64,000 nt of DNA from Cystobasidiomycetes sp. EMM_F5 (lineage: Eukaryota), in contig JBPGPT010000046.1 of the NCBI GenBank assembly GCA_051047955.1, forward strand, positions 1 to 64,000, written 5' to 3'. Below the pieces are notes generated by a model, which was not told the origin of the DNA, made no database searches, and saw nothing but the letters and a program-made list of their open reading frames with translations. The translations under genes were made by a program, and so were the position numbers. Of the stretch, positions 58,726-64,000 are shown one piece after another (the first letter of the stretch is position 1; each line of letters starts with the position of its first letter).

Positions 58726-61408
58726 ATGATTTCCACAAAGCGCAAGCGAATGGGCGATGCAGTCGTTGCAAGCGATGATATCGAGCCCGACAGATATGCG
58801 GAACTCTTCTCAAGTCAGCCAGTTGCGGAACGTTCTGGCTCGACGTCGCCCATCAGGAATAGTGACGACGATGAGGAACTGCCAGACTTGCCCACAAAGT
58901 CAAATGCTTTGGAGCCGGCTTCTTCAAAACACAACAATGGTCATACAGCACACGATCGGGGCAAAGCAGCCGGTCACAAAGGCGACAAGCCGGACAATGC
59001 GCTGGAGATGTGAGCAGGCGCTTTGCGCAGTCCGTTCACACTCTGACGTCTATGCGGCTGGCGGCCCGCAGTCCCAGCTCACCAGATGTCTCGCAGCAAA
59101 GTTCATCCACAGCCCCAACAAGCAGCTCTCTTGCGGCCAAAGTACAATCACCCCTAACACCCAGACCCATCCATCCGTTGCTCCGCCGGTTCTTGCCCAG
59201 TCCAGGCAAGGCTGCCACCAAAACAACAGACGACACAGGAAGAGTAACGTCGGCTGCGACGAGCTTGCCCAGAGAGCAAAATAAGGGAGAGGGAAAGGCT
59301 CTAGGGACTTCTGATTGGTTGTTCTCGTCGCAGTACGTATTATGACTTGACGAAGGGATTCCTTTTGACGTTGTCAATACTTTCCGTAGGGAGTCAGCGA
59401 GAGGTAGCAGTCAACGCTTGACTGAACCATCATCGTCTACACTATCAGCAGATCTTACAAGCTCCAAAGTCTGGGACTCTCGAAGCGCTGAGCTTACAGT
59501 CACAACAAAGAAGAAGACGGAGCGGTACATAGATATAGATATAGACTCTCCTGCGCTAAGGACGTCAAAGCCGCCATCGTCATCGGAGAAGTTACGACCG
59601 CAGACAGTCAAGCTGGTCTCGACGACTTATGAACAGCAGAGTCGAGCCCCTCACACTTCTGTCAGCGCAAGTCGGGACGCAGTTCGACCAAACCACGTTG
59701 AGCAAGCAGCGACACCAATGCCAAGCAGCAGCAACGCATCGCTAAGGAGCAAGATGAGAAATCTAGCCCGTGAGACTCTACCAGAACGAAGTAAATCGAC
59801 TGTTGTAACTCCGATATCTTCGAGTACTCGGTCATCGCCACGTACAACCAAAACCAAAAGCAATCTGAAGCCTACGCCGCCTGACCGCGCTCCACCACCT
59901 CGCGAGAGATTTCGAGAAGCAGCTGGCATGTCTGGTCAGCCCAAACGCCCAAAAACTTCGGCATCAACCCAGCAAAGTGTCATAATTAGAGATAATAAGG
60001 GTTGGTGTATTTCAGGTCAGGACCACACAGACGAAGACGATTCCGATACTGTCACTGTCAAGAAGTCTGTCAATATGACCCCACGTCACAATTATTCTCC
60101 GATACGACCAGCGTCTTCATCTATGGACGGCGGAAGGCGACGATCGGGAGTTGCAAATAGTTCAAGAGGCAAGCACGGCCAACCCCTTTCTACGCTTGAT
60201 AGAGTCAACGGCAGAAGCCAAGGTCGTTCAGGATCGCCAGCGGCCCGCGCTGGCTTGCGGACCTCGCCGTCTGAGTCTCCCGGCCCGTCTCTTGAGACAC
60301 AACGGTTTTACGATGAATTTGCTAACCAATTGATTGGCGGGAACGGCATGAATAGTACGGCAAGCGACGATGAGCTGTTTTCGGAAGACGATGTGAGGGA
60401 TGGTGAAGGTATGTTCAACCCTTCTTGCGAGCATATACGCCATATAACACGACATCTATACAGCGACAAGATGCGCGTTCTGCGACGAACTGCTCCCTGT
60501 AATCGTCAGCCACTCTTTTGTGCGGGCATACACGAGACTTTGCAGCCGAGCAGATCTGGTGGTCCGGCATGGTTCCGTCAATCCAAACGCTATTCGTCTC
60601 CCCGATCTGCTAGCCCCCTCGGTGTGCCGCCAGCATCGTGAAGAGCGCGACATTATACCCCAAGGTTTGCAGGAGGGATATCCAGAGCCGAACGGCATCG
60701 ACTGGAAAGCCGTACCGAGGTAAGCAGCAACTTCCGGGACCGATCGTGCGAAAGAAGGCTGATTATTAGGCGGGTCAGGCGTATGGAAAAGTACCATCGC
60801 TCATTGCTGTCCGTGGTATCTGGTGAACAGCACAGCTCGTTTCGTGAAGAGGCAATTCAAGAATGGCAAGACAAAGGCGCTAGACGCATGGGCAATGTCT
60901 TGAGTGAATGGACCTCGTTCGAACAAGAGTTGCCTGGCTAGTAAGCTCTGCCTGTCCCAACAAGATTGTTTCTAGGCTGACGCACTGACTTCTGCGAAGC
61001 TACGGTCCAAGAGGCTTCGAAATCATCATGAAGTGGCTCAATGATGCGTTCGTAGCCACCTCACTCTTGCTGGCGGATGATGTCAAGCCATTAGACGTGC
61101 AAGGCTATTTGCGACGAGTGCTGGTGCCAGAGGTCGCGATACTGCTCATACAGGAAGACAACTCGCAACCCGGCGTACCTTGCAGCCGTGTGCGAGCAGT
61201 CCGCATTCTCAAGAAATCCAGAGCGTATGGCAGTGCAGTCTTTCCTAGTAGTGGCGAGGATGCGGAGGCAGAGAATGAGGAGGAAGAGGAGCTTGAGATC
61301 GAAGTCGCGACGCGAAGGATTGCTAAGGCTCGCAATACCGGCGCAGAGGCAGGTCGGCGAGCATATAATGCATATATGGAGGTGTTCACGCTGTTTAGCG
61401 GTACATAA
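58726..61408 (+). CDS. RTC4-like domain protein with a long disordered N-terminus
   Basis: C-terminal motifs CRQHREE..IIPQG..EGYP..IDW, PG-YYGPRG, RVLVPEVAILLIQED and AVRILKKSRAYG are typical of the RTC4 domain. Upstream exons are S/T/R-rich. Last exon boundary is uncertain. Confidence 0.78.
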
Positions 61409-62026
61409 TTCGTTGCTGTCAGTACCGATCAATCGAAACTTCGTTGTTGCGTTGCAGGTGTCTTTCGACTTATTTTGTGCATTTCGGCCTCTCGTATACA
61501 ACTAGTACAACATGGCAAAGTGAACTATGCCAACACTCATTTCAAAAATCTGTGAGTACATGATCCGAGTCCGCCCGTGTGACTTCCTTCTGCGGTTGCG
61601 GCTGCCCAGCGCAGACGCCTTGGCACGCGTGCAATTATACACGAATCATTAGACGCAGCTTGGCGCGACCGCGGATACTTGCAGCGTTCGAGTCGAAGGC
61701 GATGGGTGGAGCTGGGTGGGCTGGCGGAACAGAAGGCCAGGGAATTTTGGGGACAAAATATGACCCCAAACTTTTTGTCGTATGGTTTCGCCAGACAGAA
61801 ACGCGTAAAGGGGAACCATATGATAAAGCGAAACGATGGAAATGAAGAAATTGCGAATTTTTCGTGAGCAAGGCAAATGCCACATGGGGTCATTATTCGT
61901 AAGAGACAGATATTATCTTTCATGTTGCGAGATGATCGTTGATATGCATGAGTGTCGTTATGGTACCCAGGTAGAAGGCTATCTGAGACATGCTACGGCG
62001 GCAGGGGGACCAGCGCTACCTCAGGA

Positions 62027-63832
62027 TCAGCAAAGCGTCACAGCTGGCCCAGATGTGGGTACAAGCTTGACTTTCAAAGAAGCCGCGGTGTTGGGCGGTG
62101 TAATTTCTTTCGGTTTTGAAATGAGAATTGGTTTGTCGTATCCCATAATTGGTTGCCTTGTTGCTAATGGCGACGAGTAAGCTCTTGAACCAGTATAGTC
62201 TGACTCGCTCGTGTCATACTGCGTGAGAGGAGTGCTAGGCGTAAGAGGTGCATCGTCGTCATCGGAACTGCTGCATAAGAAAGAGCTTGGCGATGAAGAA
62301 GAAGAGCTAGAGGTGAGGAAGATGGAAGATCCCGCCGAGTCCCTCCGAACTGCACACGATATGGGCGCCAAGGTTGCCGGAGTGCATGATGGCCAGTCTT
62401 CTAGAGCAAATCGATGACCGGCCAAATACCAGCCTTGAACAATATTCGAAGCGGACGAGAAGCAAGGTAAAGCATCTGCAAGCAAGTATCTTCGTCAGGA
62501 CACATGGGAAAGTCTTTCAGGCGCCGTTGACTTACATTTTTTGACCACAATCGTACTGATTTGCTCAAGGTGTCCAGCCAAATGACCATCAAGCATTTGT
62601 GCAATTTGAACCGCAACTGGCGTCTCATCTGCAACCTGTTGACAGATGATGTCAGCTAACGCGACGGGGATCTGGCCAAGCAACGCACTCTCCGCGGCTT
62701 GCTCCGTATGTAGCGAGCCAAGAGCAGACACCCGAGAGCAATGTCGGAAGACTTTAGCGGTACGAATGCGCGATGGAAGAGTGTGATCTCCATTAGGAAG
62801 CGGGCGACATGTTGCAGGCGAGAGTCAACGGCAAGAATGTGAGGATCACTTATGCTTGCCACCCGTAGCCAACTTTCGGCGGTGGGATGCCCGATGAGCC
62901 AGTTCAAGGTGGAAAGAACGTGTCCTTCCATCTGTCGTGGCGGAATTTAGCATCAGCCACTGCTTGTAAGGTGAGCTGGTAGAACTCGGCATGACCCACT
63001 TGAATGAAAGCGCTAGCATCGTAAGCGTTGCACGTCATTGCGCACAAGTCTTGAACTGTCGGTACACGATCTTTGGCGTCCTCAAATTTGGCGGCGATCC
63101 AAAGCGCGGCGCATCCGACCAGCTGGTAGTGCCGCTTGTATACGATACGTTTGCCAGTATACCTATCGGCGATATTGACTGCCAGGTAGAGTGTTTCCGG
63201 TCTCAGGCGGTATTGAGAATGTATCTCCACTAAGAAATCGATTAGGAATGGCCGCATGTACCATTCGAGTTCCGGTTGCTGGTCAATCAACTCCACAGAT
63301 GCCACTGTTTGCTCCTGAAAAACGCATTGCATTTCAGTACAGAGTCTTGCTAGATAATGGGCTAGACAAATTGACTCACCTCAACGGTCGCCATGTATTC
63401 GATGACTTCGTCCTGGTACTCGCGTTCGATAGCTGCCTCAAATTCCCGAGGGGTGGCCTGCAGTAAACTCGTTGAGGTAACGCTGTCTGTCCTTCTGCTG
63501 GACTTGCGCTGCAGACTGGCAGAAGTTGACGCTACCGGGAGAGCTGAGGTTGAAGGTACTTGAGCAGCCACTTGAGCCTCCGCAGACAGACTCGCACAGG
63601 AGGTCTGAGAACCATCTGAGCAGTGCTTTTGAGACACTGGCTCCTTGCTTGAGATTGATAGTCGCGTTGCTGGAGATATCCTCCTGCCACGCGCTGCCAG
63701 CCGGGGAACTGATCGAGAAGATGCTGCAGATGAGGAAGCAGATGAGCATACCGAAGGGGAGGGAGAAGGTCGCTTGCGGTAGGTGTAGAAGGCGTTGCGA
63801 TTACGGTTGGTGGGAACAGAGTCTGCCTTCAT
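62027..63832 (-). CDS. CLN1: G1/S cyclin (Cln1/Puc1-like) with PEST tail
   Basis: EYQDEVIEYM, IDQQPELEWYMRPFLIDFLVEIH, PETLYLAVNIADRY, HYQLVGCAALWIAAKFED and MEGHVLSTLNWLIGHPTAE. S/T/P/D-rich tail SSSDDDDAPLTPSTP. Confidence 0.93.
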
Positions 63833-64000
63833 CTTTGCAGAGCGAGACTGCTTTGAGTCGAGCTAGCAGGGTGCCTGATGCGTGTAAAACCGGACGATGG
63901 AGATAGTTGAAGGCGATGAAACAATTGTCGAAGTCAGGCTTCCTTGTGTCGTTTTTGTTTGTAATAATTGAAAGACGACTTGTTTGCTAGTCGACTGTAC

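Noticed and set aside
61743..61776. Sm-site-like AATTTTGG plus hairpin TTTGGGG..CCCCAAA and T-run, suggesting an snRNA/telomerase RNA 3' end
   Set aside because: The putative Sm site overlaps the stem. No U1/U2/U4/U5 signature or template is visible upstream. It is probably the 3'UTR between convergent genes.
1..64000. Transposons, CRISPR arrays, rRNA, prokaryote-like operons, secondary-metabolite backbone genes
   Set aside because: No transposase/RT/integrase motifs, LTR/TIR pairs, repeat-spacer arrays, rRNA signatures or PKS/NRPS domains were seen by eye.

Overview
This is a gene-dense, intron-rich eukaryotic window with about 30 protein-coding genes in 64 kb. Introns are mostly 50-70 nt GT-AG with CTRAC/CTAAC branch points, plus at least two GC-AG. 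The protein families and splice signals indicate a basidiomycete fungus with a compact genome; a Pucciniomycotina such as Mixia is my inference and is unverified. Recognisable genes are a PEX11C-like peroxin, RRP12, carnitine acetyltransferase, a DUF1479/Gig2-like oxygenase, a DJP1/CAJ1-type J-protein, mannose-6-phosphate isomerase, CHS4/SKT5, two tandem NUDIX hydrolases, HYM1/MO25, a Zn2Cys6 TF, a MOSC protein, SYN8, a TEA/ATTS TF, a zf-HIT protein, a CUE2-like Smr nuclease, S1/P1 nuclease, GT31 and GT32 glycosyltransferases, DBP9, an RTC4-domain protein and a G1 cyclin, plus several orphans. I found no transposon, CRISPR array, rRNA or confident tRNA. The best leads are: a SAP-domain protein whose NuSAP-like motif appears only after splicing; a two-ATG/PTS1 dual-targeted carnitine acetyltransferase; TEA and MCB sites clustered upstream of the TEA gene itself; an intronless, anchor-less GT32 (horizontal-transfer candidate); and two candidate structured ncRNA elements. 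Gene spans include introns and were assembled by eye, so some starts and exon borders are approximate.
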